Below, one piece after another: positions 27,565 to 36,588 of a stretch of DNA of 64,000 nt; within the stretch, counting starts at the first letter, position 1, and each line of letters starts with the position of its first letter. Origin of the DNA: Gammaproteobacteria bacterium (GTDB taxonomy: Bacteria > Pseudomonadota > Gammaproteobacteria > Steroidobacterales > UBA11654). Location of the stretch: the NCBI GenBank assembly GCA_029242945.1, contig JAQWSZ010000049.1, forward strand, positions 6,320 to 70,319, read 5' to 3'. The notes under the pieces were generated by a model. That model saw only the letters and a program-made list of their open reading frames with translations, was not told where the DNA came from and searched no databases. Position numbers and translations under genes: made by a program.

Positions 27565-28554
27565 TTATTCTGCCGGCTCTTGCTCTAAGGAATAAAGTTC
27601 TAGGCTAGAAAGACTAGGTGTTTTAGGATCATAAGTTTCAGGAGCTGTGAAATATTTATTATAATTTTTCTCAACATAATCTAAAAGCTGTCTGCTATGT
27701 ACCTGCTCTAAATCTTCACCTGAGCCCATAAATGCACTATAGAGCATATGACCAGGCGTTTGACCCATATGCAACCAAGGCAGCCATGGTGTTACTCTAT
27801 TCCATGTCCCGTTATAGGGCAATGTTGTCATAGTACTATCTTGCATATGATTAGCATCAATATGATATGCAAAAGCCTCCGATACTTGAACCATGGGTCC
27901 TGAGGATTCCTTAACCCATTTTTTTGGATTGAGCGCATTGGGATAAAAAAGATTAATATGAATTTCCATATCCAAACGATTTCCCCTTTGCTGCCATGGC
28001 AATATAAAAGGAATTCTAGGGGGTTCTTCTTGGTTTAAATCACCAAATTTTGGAGGAGCTGGAAAATAGTCTTCAATTACATAATTAAAAGGGTCATTAG
28101 CTATATGGACGACATCTACCCATTCATTAGTCATGGGGTTTTTAAATTCTTCAAGAATCTCGCCAGAGCGAAGATCAGTATAAAAACCAACCTCACGAAG
28201 AATTTTTGCAAAAGACCCATCAGCTTGTTGCTCTAAACGTGAAACACCAAAACCTGCAAATCCTACAACATCCAATATGGGTTTATTCGGTCTGATAGCC
28301 ATAACATAGCCCTTAAACCATCCATATTTCTGATTGGCTTCATTCAAGTCTCCATTTAACCTAGCATAAGCATATTTATTACCTTCCCCAGTAGCTAAAT
28401 CTAGATATGGGCCTTTTAAGGCAGCACCCGAAGATCCTCCATAAGCAGATGGTAGATCTGCCCTTGCACTTTCTGTGAACATACTAAGTGCTGTAGATCC
28501 AGCACTGAAAGCGCCTAGAGTACCAACATTTTTAAAAAATTGTCTTCGTTTCAT
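27565..28554 (-). CDS. Tat-signal protein of unknown function, divergent paralog 3 of the 4356/5239 family
   Basis: MKRRQFFKNVGTLGAFSAGSTALS...ARA-D is a strong Tat signal. Shares YAYARL, FKNP, TPWLPWLHMGQTPGH and YF...P blocks with paralogs 1 and 2. Starts 9 nt after the MFS gene stop. Confidence 0.75.
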   Translation of the reverse strand: MKRRQFFKNVGTLGAFSAGSTALSMFTESARADLPSAYGGSSGAALKGPYLDLATGEGNKYAYARLNGDLNEANQKYGWFKGYVMAIRPNKPILDVVGFAGFGVSRLEQQADGSFAKILREVGFYTDLRSGEILEEFKNPMTNEWVDVVHIANDPFNYVIEDYFPAPPKFGDLNQEEPPRIPFILPWQQRGNRLDMEIHINLFYPNALNPKKWVKESSGPMVQVSEAFAYHIDANHMQDSTMTTLPYNGTWNRVTPWLPWLHMGQTPGHMLYSAFMGSGEDLEQVHSRQLLDYVEKNYNKYFTAPETYDPKTPSLSSLELYSLEQEPAE

Positions 28555-28563
28555 TTTTTTCCC

Positions 28564-29901
28564 CTATGTTTGAGAATTTTTTTTCTTCTTTTCTATAAAT
28601 AGCACGAATAAAGCAAGTACTAATAAACCAATATTAGCAATGCCCACCATTGTAAATGGTGCAGTTGGACTAATGGAATCAAATAAACGCCCGCCAGCAA
28701 AGGCAACAATAAATATGCCCAGTGCTCCAAAAAAACTAAAGCCTCCAATAACAGCTCCTCGACCTTTCGCGGGTGCTGCACTACCAATGAGAGATATCGC
28801 TGATAAATTAGCAAAAATTTCTCCTAGTCCAAGTAAGGCAGCGCCAAAGTACATTTGGCTACTCAAGGGATTGTCGATATAGCCTAAATATAAATAGCCA
28901 CATGCCGCTACAGCCATAGCTATTGCAAGATTGACCACGCGATCTATTTTATCTATAAAAGTACTAATTAAAAATGCGCCAGGAAGTGCAAATGCTTGTA
29001 CCATTACATAAAACCCGCCTGCCGTTTTTATGGCTTCGGGTCCTGAGAGTCCTTGAGATGTTCCTACCTGATAAAGCCATAAAGTAAAAAAAGTACTAAC
29101 AACAGATAAATCTCCTCTTGAAACAACTCCAGCAGTATAGGCCAGTGCAATTCTTGGATTTTTAGCTGCCTTGAAAGCAATTTTAAGTGTTGCAAAGTAA
29201 GGTTCTTTGTTAGAAACCTGGGCTGGAGCTCCTTTTTTTAGATTAAAGAATAGTACTGCTGATACAAAAACTACTAAGACAGCAACGAACCAAGACGTAT
29301 AAATACCTGACCAAACTGGATCAAATCCCCATCTCTCACTAAATTCAGTCGGTAGATTTCTGAAGGTACTAATCAAAAGAACTAAGCCAAGTCCATTAAA
29401 AATAGAAGTAGTTGCAATCATCTTACCCCGAGTTACCTCATGAGTATAATCGTTAGCTACAGTAGGCAGCATCACAGTATTACAAGCGCAACCAAGTGCT
29501 ACAATCATTCTAAATATTATTAGTTCAGTTGAAGTAGAAGCCAATGGGTATAAGAAATAACCTATTCCTAAAATTAAAAAACCGATAGAGTAGACCAATC
29601 TCCTACCAACTCGATCAGACAAAGCACCGCAGAAGCCAATTACTGAAAGCACGACTATTTCTTGTACTGCAGTCAAGTTGCCTGCTAACCTTCCTTGCTC
29701 TGATTTAGGAATATTCAGTATATTGTCAAAAATATATGGCCCAAAAACATTAACAAAAGCCATGGTTGCGATGCCAAAAAAAGCTCCAAAAAATAAGGTG
29801 AATAAATGCCTCTTTTCAATATCAGGCATTAGTTGCCAAGGTCCAAATTTTATTCCAAATTCTTCAGGAGAGTAATTAGATGGTTTTGATTGAATTTTCA
29901 T
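28564..29901 (-). CDS. MFS transporter
   Basis: 445 aa and multi-TM. GALSDRVGRR motif between TM2 and TM3. Confidence 0.85.
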   Translation of the reverse strand: MKIQSKPSNYSPEEFGIKFGPWQLMPDIEKRHLFTLFFGAFFGIATMAFVNVFGPYIFDNILNIPKSEQGRLAGNLTAVQEIVVLSVIGFCGALSDRVGRRLVYSIGFLILGIGYFLYPLASTSTELIIFRMIVALGCACNTVMLPTVANDYTHEVTRGKMIATTSIFNGLGLVLLISTFRNLPTEFSERWGFDPVWSGIYTSWFVAVLVVFVSAVLFFNLKKGAPAQVSNKEPYFATLKIAFKAAKNPRIALAYTAGVVSRGDLSVVSTFFTLWLYQVGTSQGLSGPEAIKTAGGFYVMVQAFALPGAFLISTFIDKIDRVVNLAIAMAVAACGYLYLGYIDNPLSSQMYFGAALLGLGEIFANLSAISLIGSAAPAKGRGAVIGGFSFFGALGIFIVAFAGGRLFDSISPTAPFTMVGIANIGLLVLALFVLFIEKKKKNSQT

Positions 29902-29987
29902 AGAATCAAATATTGCTCGATAGTGACCAGAATAACAAGTAAGATTTTAAACTTATTTAATTTAAGAAAAGCGAAGAGATGTAATAT

Positions 29988-31061
29988 ATGTTTAAAATAA
30001 TAATTAAAGGACTGCTATTAATAATTGCTCTGGTTGTACTTTTTTCACTCTACATGGCTAATAGAATGGATGTTTTTAAGACTTTAACAGTCAAGACACC
30101 AGATGTCTGTTCGGCTTTACCAATCAATGGAAGCGCTGAAGATCTTGAAATAGATTTTGAAAGAGGAATAGCTTACCTCTCTCTTGAAGACCGTGCTGCT
30201 CTTATCACAGGGGATGATATTCAAGGCACTGTAGTTAAAATTAATCTCAAAAAAACTCCTTATAAAGTAGAGCTGGCATTAAATCAACAACCGCCTCATT
30301 TTCGACCACATGGTATTAGTCTATATATTGATACTAATGGTAAAAGACATTTAGGAATTATCAATCACCCTAAAAATAGAGAGTTGGAACCTGAAAATGT
30401 TGAACTTTTTTCAGAAGATGAAAATGGTTTATTTATGCATCAGCAAACGATAACTGATCCTCTTTTTAAAAGCCCTAATGCTCTTGTATTAATGGCACAA
30501 AATAAGTTCTATTTAGGAAACGATAAAGGTGCTGAGACAGCATTTGGCAAAATTCAAGAACAACTCGGTAGACCTATGTCAAAGATTATTTATTTTAATG
30601 GAGATTCAGCAAGTGTTGCTGCTGAAAATTTATCGCAAATTTCTGGTATTAATACTTCTAAAAATAACAAATATTTATTTGCATCAGAAACAGCTGCTAA
30701 AAGAATCGCTATCTTCTCTATCAATGAAAATAATGGAGTATTGAAAAAACTAGAAACCATAAAAATAAATGGTTCGCCTGATAATATTAATGTTTCTTCT
30801 AATGATGATTTAATTGTTGCTGCTATACCCAAAGTTATGGCCTTAATTCAACATTTTATATCCTTTCAAAAGGAAGAAATTATGCCTGCTCCCTCACAAG
30901 TATTTCAAATTAAATGGGATTTTAATTCAGAGGCAACAATAGAGGAGCTTTTTTTAAGTAATGGAGAAGACATTTCTACAACAAGTGTGGGTGCAATTTT
31001 TGATAGTAAATTATTTATGGGATCAATTACTGACAAAAAATTATTAATATGTGATCTATAA
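29988..31061 (+). CDS. Paraoxonase/arylesterase (PON)-family six-bladed propeller lactonase homolog with an N-terminal membrane anchor
   Basis: Collinear with mammalian PON1 from my memory of that sequence. Matches: GSAEDLE (PON1 GSEDLE), FRPHGIS...IINHP (NPHGIS...VVNHP, the His-His dyad), SGIN (ANGIN), PDNINV (VDNISV) and the C-terminal LLICDL (ALYCEL). A single N-terminal TM helix is present. Confidence 0.75.
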   Translation: MFKIIIKGLLLIIALVVLFSLYMANRMDVFKTLTVKTPDVCSALPINGSAEDLEIDFERGIAYLSLEDRAALITGDDIQGTVVKINLKKTPYKVELALNQQPPHFRPHGISLYIDTNGKRHLGIINHPKNRELEPENVELFSEDENGLFMHQQTITDPLFKSPNALVLMAQNKFYLGNDKGAETAFGKIQEQLGRPMSKIIYFNGDSASVAAENLSQISGINTSKNNKYLFASETAAKRIAIFSINENNGVLKKLETIKINGSPDNINVSSNDDLIVAAIPKVMALIQHFISFQKEEIMPAPSQVFQIKWDFNSEATIEELFLSNGEDISTTSVGAIFDSKLFMGSITDKKLLICDL

Positions 31062-31068
31062 TAGATCT

Positions 31069-31665
31069 ATGAAGAAATCAGTCAGTAAAAATTATCAAAC
31101 TCATGTAATGACTGAGCGAACACATCTATCGCAGGTAAGAAGAGCATTTACAAAAAGTTTGGATAAGAGTCATATTGATCCAGGATTAATTAATTTTTAT
31201 GTAGTGAGTTGCGATTATTTAGACTTCTCTCTCAATCGCTTGGTAGCTCAAGATTACATTCTGCATGATCTATTAGTCCCTCATGTAGAATCGAATAATC
31301 AAGAATATCTAGATAAATTAGACAGTCTAAATACTGGACTAAAAGCAATGGAAGAAGCATTAAAAAAACTGAACCAGTCCAAGGAAAACCTCATTAGATC
31401 AGGATTATATGAAGTCAATGATTTTAAAAAGGAAGCTCATGATTTTTTGGATATTTTTCTCAATATGCTAGCTACTAATAGACATTCTACATTTGACCTT
31501 GAAGAAGAAGTCTTTGAGCCAAGTGATTGGGAGAAGATAGCTGGGGTCACTCAAGAAAGTGTAGAAACTGAAGAAAAACTGTATCAAGGTGTTATCTTAG
31601 CAGCACCTCAAGAGTGTGATCCTAGTAGTTTTCCACCAATAGGGCATAATCAAAAGCCTCAATAA
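31069..31665 (+). CDS. Hypothetical protein
   Basis: Open frame with the coding bias of its neighbours. I prefer ATG 31069 over the ORF-track GTG 31051, which overlaps the preceding stop. No recognisable motif. Confidence 0.5.
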   Translation: MKKSVSKNYQTHVMTERTHLSQVRRAFTKSLDKSHIDPGLINFYVVSCDYLDFSLNRLVAQDYILHDLLVPHVESNNQEYLDKLDSLNTGLKAMEEALKKLNQSKENLIRSGLYEVNDFKKEAHDFLDIFLNMLATNRHSTFDLEEEVFEPSDWEKIAGVTQESVETEEKLYQGVILAAPQECDPSSFPPIGHNQKPQ

Positions 31666-31677
31666 AATATTATAAAG

Positions 31678-32481
31678 ATGCAGAATAAAATAACATTTAA
31701 CATTTACATAGTGATATTTGGCATCCTCACTAATTTTTTATCTTTTCAATTAGAAGCTTTTGATAACAAACAACCGACTCTATTAATTACTGGATCAAAT
31801 AGAAATATCGGGCTTGAGTTTGTTAAACAATACAGTGAAAAAAATTGGAATATTATTGCAACAACCCGTCAACCAGAAACCTCTTTAGAATTGAATACTT
31901 TTGCAAAAGATAAACCCAATATTGTAGTTGAAAAACTAGATGTCACTGACAATGAAGACATCAGTGCTTTGGCAAAAAAATACAGCAATCAAACTATTGA
32001 TCTCCTTTTAAGTAATGCAGCATTGACTCCTAGATATCGATCTAGTTTCAAAAAAATTTCAGGAGTCGAAGAAGACATTACTAGACAAAGCTTTGAAATT
32101 AATGCACTTGGTCCATTAAAAATAATTCAAGCTTTCATACCAAATGTAAAAAAGTCTCAAAATGGAAAGATAATCGCTTTATCTAGTAAAGCAAGTTCTT
32201 TTGGTGAAAGGCTAAAAATACCTATGATGTATAGCTATGCAATGAGCAAATCAGCTCTGAATAGTATGATGTATACCTTATCATTTGAAACAAAAAAGCA
32301 AGGTATTACAGCCGTTGTTTTATCTCCAGGAATGGTTAATACAACTCCTGGAATTAAATTACCTGGTGCCATTGAAACTCAAGAAAGTGTCACTAAAATG
32401 GTCGAATTGATTGAGGAAATAAATATGGACGATAATGGAAAATTCATTGATTACGAAGATGGAAGAGTCATTCCATGGTGA
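31678..32481 (+). CDS. Short-chain dehydrogenase/reductase (SDR) with a hydrophobic N-terminal segment
   Basis: LITGSNRNIGLEF cofactor motif and YSYAMSK catalytic YxxxK. The first ~25 aa (IYIVIFGILTNFLSFQL) are hydrophobic. Confidence 0.8.
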   Translation: MQNKITFNIYIVIFGILTNFLSFQLEAFDNKQPTLLITGSNRNIGLEFVKQYSEKNWNIIATTRQPETSLELNTFAKDKPNIVVEKLDVTDNEDISALAKKYSNQTIDLLLSNAALTPRYRSSFKKISGVEEDITRQSFEINALGPLKIIQAFIPNVKKSQNGKIIALSSKASSFGERLKIPMMYSYAMSKSALNSMMYTLSFETKKQGITAVVLSPGMVNTTPGIKLPGAIETQESVTKMVELIEEINMDDNGKFIDYEDGRVIPW

Positions 32482-32484
32482 TAA

Positions 32485-33921
32485 TTAAATAATTCCCATA
32501 ATCTCAAATGCAGCTCTCTCTCCAGATTCCATAGCACCCTCCATACCTCTATTCGATACAGCAGTATGCTCACCACAAAAATGAATTTGTCCATGTCTAT
32601 TCCCAATATGTCGTCCAAATGCTGTAATCTGTCCTGGTCCCCAGTAGGACCAATCACCCTGAGAAAAAGGGTTCAATGACCATGAATGATAAGCCACTGC
32701 TTCTAATTTATTTTTTGCCGCTGGCCTTAACTCTTCAATAGAATTCATTACGGTTTTAATAGCATCTTTTGTTGTCATCAAATCTAATTTTTCAGCAATA
32801 CCGCCTCTTAACCAGGCTGTTAAACTCGTTACAGTTTGAGGATTTTCTCCTTTTCTTTCTGCCAGAACCATGCCTGCATAACTGTCTGTATACATGCTTG
32901 GACTCATGCCATCTTCTTCCCAAAAATTAGATTTAGGTACAAGGTGTAACATATTGATTTTTTGAGAACGAAGCTTTTGAATTGCTTCAGCCTGAGGTCC
33001 TTGGATAATTGGAGCAATATCAATATTTTTTAAGACTGAAAATGGGATGGAGCAAATCACATGGTCAGCTCGATACTTTGTCCCATCTCCACAAACCACT
33101 TCAGCTTTTGTGGATTGTGTTGAAATAGCTCTTACTGACTTATTCATCAGTACGGGTTTATATAAATTATCGGCCATTGCTTCAGGGATACTCATGTTCC
33201 CCCCTTTCGCAGTATAACTGGTACTCAAACCAAGTCGGCTTTGAGAATTGCTAAATGCATTAACAAACATCAGCATTAAAATTGAAACATCTTTTGCAGT
33301 ATGCCCATGGCTGATATTTAGATTATAAACCAGATCAATAAAATCAGAATTAAAACCCTCACTTATCAACCAATCATGGACAGAAATATCATGAATGTAA
33401 TACTTTGGATTCATCCATTCATTGTTTGCCTCTAATGGGTTTCGCTCTCCTAAATATTGATGAAAAAAAGCATTGGGTGGTAATTGCTTCATTTCTCTTG
33501 GTAGTAAATTTTTTGGATGATCAGGCCATTCATTCATTGGAATAATTGTCTGATCCAATGCCAGCTCTCTTTTTCTAAAATAAGGAATGATTGGATTGAG
33601 ATCTATAAGCTCAACACCCAATCGCTCAGAAATATCAATAATTCTAGCATAACCAGAACCAAAAGCTGTTCCTCCAGTTTCAGGGCTACCAGGCACTCCT
33701 CTTTCTGATAATACCCTTCCACCAACTCTATTATCAGCCTCAAGAACTGTTACCTTATAACCTTCATCTTGTAAAATTAATGCTGCTGTTAGCCCAGATA
33801 ATCCTGCGCCAATAATGATAATATCTGAACTTGTTTCAGCTTTTAGTCCATTATTAAAAAGTGCCGAAGCAGGTAGTGCAGCTAATGATTTTAAAGCTAA
33901 TCTTCTTTTGTATGAAATCAT
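32485..33921 (-). CDS. Tat-signal flavin amine oxidase family protein
   Basis: YKRRLALKSLAALPASA Tat-like signal. IIIIGAGLSGLTAALILQDEGYKVTVLEADNRVGGR is the classical amine-oxidase FAD fold. C-terminal FCGEHT. Confidence 0.85.
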   Translation of the reverse strand: MISYKRRLALKSLAALPASALFNNGLKAETSSDIIIIGAGLSGLTAALILQDEGYKVTVLEADNRVGGRVLSERGVPGSPETGGTAFGSGYARIIDISERLGVELIDLNPIIPYFRKRELALDQTIIPMNEWPDHPKNLLPREMKQLPPNAFFHQYLGERNPLEANNEWMNPKYYIHDISVHDWLISEGFNSDFIDLVYNLNISHGHTAKDVSILMLMFVNAFSNSQSRLGLSTSYTAKGGNMSIPEAMADNLYKPVLMNKSVRAISTQSTKAEVVCGDGTKYRADHVICSIPFSVLKNIDIAPIIQGPQAEAIQKLRSQKINMLHLVPKSNFWEEDGMSPSMYTDSYAGMVLAERKGENPQTVTSLTAWLRGGIAEKLDLMTTKDAIKTVMNSIEELRPAAKNKLEAVAYHSWSLNPFSQGDWSYWGPGQITAFGRHIGNRHGQIHFCGEHTAVSNRGMEGAMESGERAAFEIMGII

Positions 33922-33939
33922 AAGGTGTTCTTATATTTT

Positions 33940-35595
33940 TTATTCTTCAATAGATAATGTCTGATTAACTGCAATATCTGTTAAAAGATCTCTCTCGCCA
34001 CTTGGCCAAATAATTTCGATCAAATCGATATGCTCTTCATCTGCCAAGCCAAAATGCAGTCTATAATCATTTGCCGAATTATACCCATGAGCACTTGTGT
34101 GTTCTCGATACTGAATAGAGTCTCCAGCCATCACTTTGACTCTAGCTCCATAAGCATTGGTATTACTTTTGGTTCCAGTAAGTTCAATCTTTATCCAATT
34201 ATTATCATTACCTTTATTCCTTAAAAGATAATTACGATCAGATTCTGTAATTTGTTTTTCTGAATTATAAAATGTTCTATTGGTTAAAAATAGATCCAGA
34301 AAACCATCATCATCTAAATCTGCATTCCCCACACCGCTTCCTATACCTAGAATATTTGAACCAGAACCTTCTGTTATATCACTGAAAGTTAAATTACCAT
34401 TATTTTTAAATAATTTGTTATAAGCTGGCTCAATTGCAATATAGAATTGGACAAAAATTGGTAAATTAATAACATCATTGATTAAAGTATTTTGTAGTCC
34501 GCCATTATTCACATAAATGTCTATCAATCCATCGTTATCAAAATCTCCCATAGTGCATCCTCTTGCACCTGATTTATGATCAATACCAGAAGAAAGTGAT
34601 ATATCTTTATAAGACAAGCTTCCAGTATCACTTAGAAGACTGATATAAAGCCTATTGGACTGGTCTGCTGTTGGTAGAAAAACATCCATATCACCATCAT
34701 TATCTATATCTCCAATACAAGCTCCATTAGCATTACCTGGATTTAAAAAAACAGTACCACTTGGAGGCCTAAAAGACCTTGTAATATTTTTAAAAGTTCC
34801 ATTTGCTTGATTTAGAAATAATATCTTTTCAGACCCTTCATTTGTGACTAAGAGATCTATCCAACCATCTTGATTAACGTCAGTCCAATTGGGTGAACCT
34901 TGAGAACCGGCCTCTACAACCAAATCTATTATTCCAGCTCCTGCCTCTTCGGTCACATCAGTAAACGTTCCATCTCCATTATTACGAAACAATGCATTAT
35001 CAATATCATAATCAGCACATTTCCAATAAAGATCTAAATCGCCATCATTATCATAGTCAGCCCAAGCAACACCAGCACCTGTATCACCGATGCCGCCAAT
35101 CTCTCGATCTTCTTTAACATTAGCTCTAAATAACTCTGACTGTATGGTGACATTTTTAAAATTAGCAGCTCCAGTTTCCACTAATAGGTTTTTAAAAAGA
35201 CTTGTAGGTGGTATTTTAGGTTCCCCTGATGAAGGTAGGTTTGATACAACTAAGTCCATGTCGCCATCATTATCGTAATCCCCCCAAGATGCACCTCGAC
35301 CTAGAGCATTCTTGTTATCTGCCCCTCTCTCAACTGCAACATTAATAAAACTTCCACTCCCATTATTTTCATATAATCGATTACCCTGACCATCCCCGTG
35401 ATACTCAGTATTAACATATATATCAATATCACCATCATTGTCATAATCAATAAATGAGGGTCCTGAACTATTAACACCAACATCAGCTACTCCTGCTTCA
35501 AAACTAATGTCTTCAAATTTAATGCTTTGCTGAAAAGAACAGGATGTTGAACCAAGAACAGCTATATAAAAGAATACTTTAATTGTTTTGTACAT
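33940..35595 (-). CDS. Secreted FG-GAP/VCBS-repeat propeller protein with an ASPIC/UnbV-like C-terminal domain (CRTAC1 family)
   Basis: N-terminal signal. Seven D-x-D/N-x-D-G-x-x-D repeats (DYDNDGDIDIYV, DYDNDGDMDLVV, DYDNDGDLDLYW, DVNQDGWIDLLV, DIDNDGDMDVFL, DFDNDGLIDIYV, DLDDDGFLDLFL). C-terminal GARVKV...HGYNS...HFGL block. Confidence 0.8.
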   Translation of the reverse strand: MYKTIKVFFYIAVLGSTSCSFQQSIKFEDISFEAGVADVGVNSSGPSFIDYDNDGDIDIYVNTEYHGDGQGNRLYENNGSGSFINVAVERGADNKNALGRGASWGDYDNDGDMDLVVSNLPSSGEPKIPPTSLFKNLLVETGAANFKNVTIQSELFRANVKEDREIGGIGDTGAGVAWADYDNDGDLDLYWKCADYDIDNALFRNNGDGTFTDVTEEAGAGIIDLVVEAGSQGSPNWTDVNQDGWIDLLVTNEGSEKILFLNQANGTFKNITRSFRPPSGTVFLNPGNANGACIGDIDNDGDMDVFLPTADQSNRLYISLLSDTGSLSYKDISLSSGIDHKSGARGCTMGDFDNDGLIDIYVNNGGLQNTLINDVINLPIFVQFYIAIEPAYNKLFKNNGNLTFSDITEGSGSNILGIGSGVGNADLDDDGFLDLFLTNRTFYNSEKQITESDRNYLLRNKGNDNNWIKIELTGTKSNTNAYGARVKVMAGDSIQYREHTSAHGYNSANDYRLHFGLADEEHIDLIEIIWPSGERDLLTDIAVNQTLSIEE

Positions 35596-35619
35596 GAAGC
35601 AATCAACCTTAAATATTTA

Positions 35620-36504
35620 TTAGTCAAATATCATAGCATCAAACATGGTACCTAATAAAAGAAGTCCTAGATGAAATATTGAAGCAAAAAATGTTTTCCT
35701 CGCTAAAGCTTTTGATTGATCCTTTAAAAGTAAAAAAGAACAATAGAGAAAATAACTGCCTCCACTCAAAGCAAAAATAAAATAAATCCAACTCATTTTA
35801 TAAAGAATTAATGATAATGAGAGAAGAACTAAAACTAATGTGTGCCAAAAAATAGCCTGGCTTGTAATCTTATTTCCAACAACTACAGGTAACATTGGTA
35901 TATTGGCCTTAGCATACTCTTCCTTATACCCAATGGCTAGAGCCCAGAAATGAGGTGGAGTCCATAAAAATAAAACAACAGAGAGTATTAATGGACCCAT
36001 AGCAAATGTATTACCTGCTGCTGCCGAACCGACCAATACTGCAAAACTACCCGCCAACCCACCAATTACAATATTCATCCACGTTCTTCTTTTGAGCCAA
36101 ACAGTATAGACAATACCGTAAGTAAAAATACCTGCAAATAAATAAATTGCTGCCTCTAGATTACTCACTTTATAAGTGGCGTATAGAGCTAGTAAACTAA
36201 TGATAATTAACCATAAATTCCAAAGTTTTGTTGGGGAAAGCTCCTTAGTGACAAATGGTCTATCTTTAGTTCTTTCCATCACGGCATCTATATCTCTTTC
36301 ATACCATTGGTTGAACGCACCAGAAGCTGATGAGGCAACAAGCACATAGACAGCTAGAGCAAAAATTTCTAAACCATTTAAATTTGTGGATGGAGAAACA
36401 GCTATTCCAGCAAGAGCACAGGCCATAATTAAAAAACCTAGCCTAACTTTACCGGCATTATAGATTAGTGCTAAATATTTGGTAATTGGTTTATGTTGAG
36501 GCAT
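35620..36504 (-). CDS. cyoE: Protoheme IX farnesyltransferase (heme O synthase)
   Basis: UbiA-fold polytopic protein with the NQWYERDIDAVMERTKDRP motif. Confidence 0.9.
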   Translation of the reverse strand: MPQHKPITKYLALIYNAGKVRLGFLIMACALAGIAVSPSTNLNGLEIFALAVYVLVASSASGAFNQWYERDIDAVMERTKDRPFVTKELSPTKLWNLWLIIISLLALYATYKVSNLEAAIYLFAGIFTYGIVYTVWLKRRTWMNIVIGGLAGSFAVLVGSAAAGNTFAMGPLILSVVLFLWTPPHFWALAIGYKEEYAKANIPMLPVVVGNKITSQAIFWHTLVLVLLSLSLILYKMSWIYFIFALSGGSYFLYCSFLLLKDQSKALARKTFFASIFHLGLLLLGTMFDAMIFD

Positions 36505-36588
36505 CTCAGTGATTTTTCAGTATAAAATTCAGGACTATTATCAATGATCTACAAACAAATTAGAATGAAAATTTTCAATTCTTTATAT

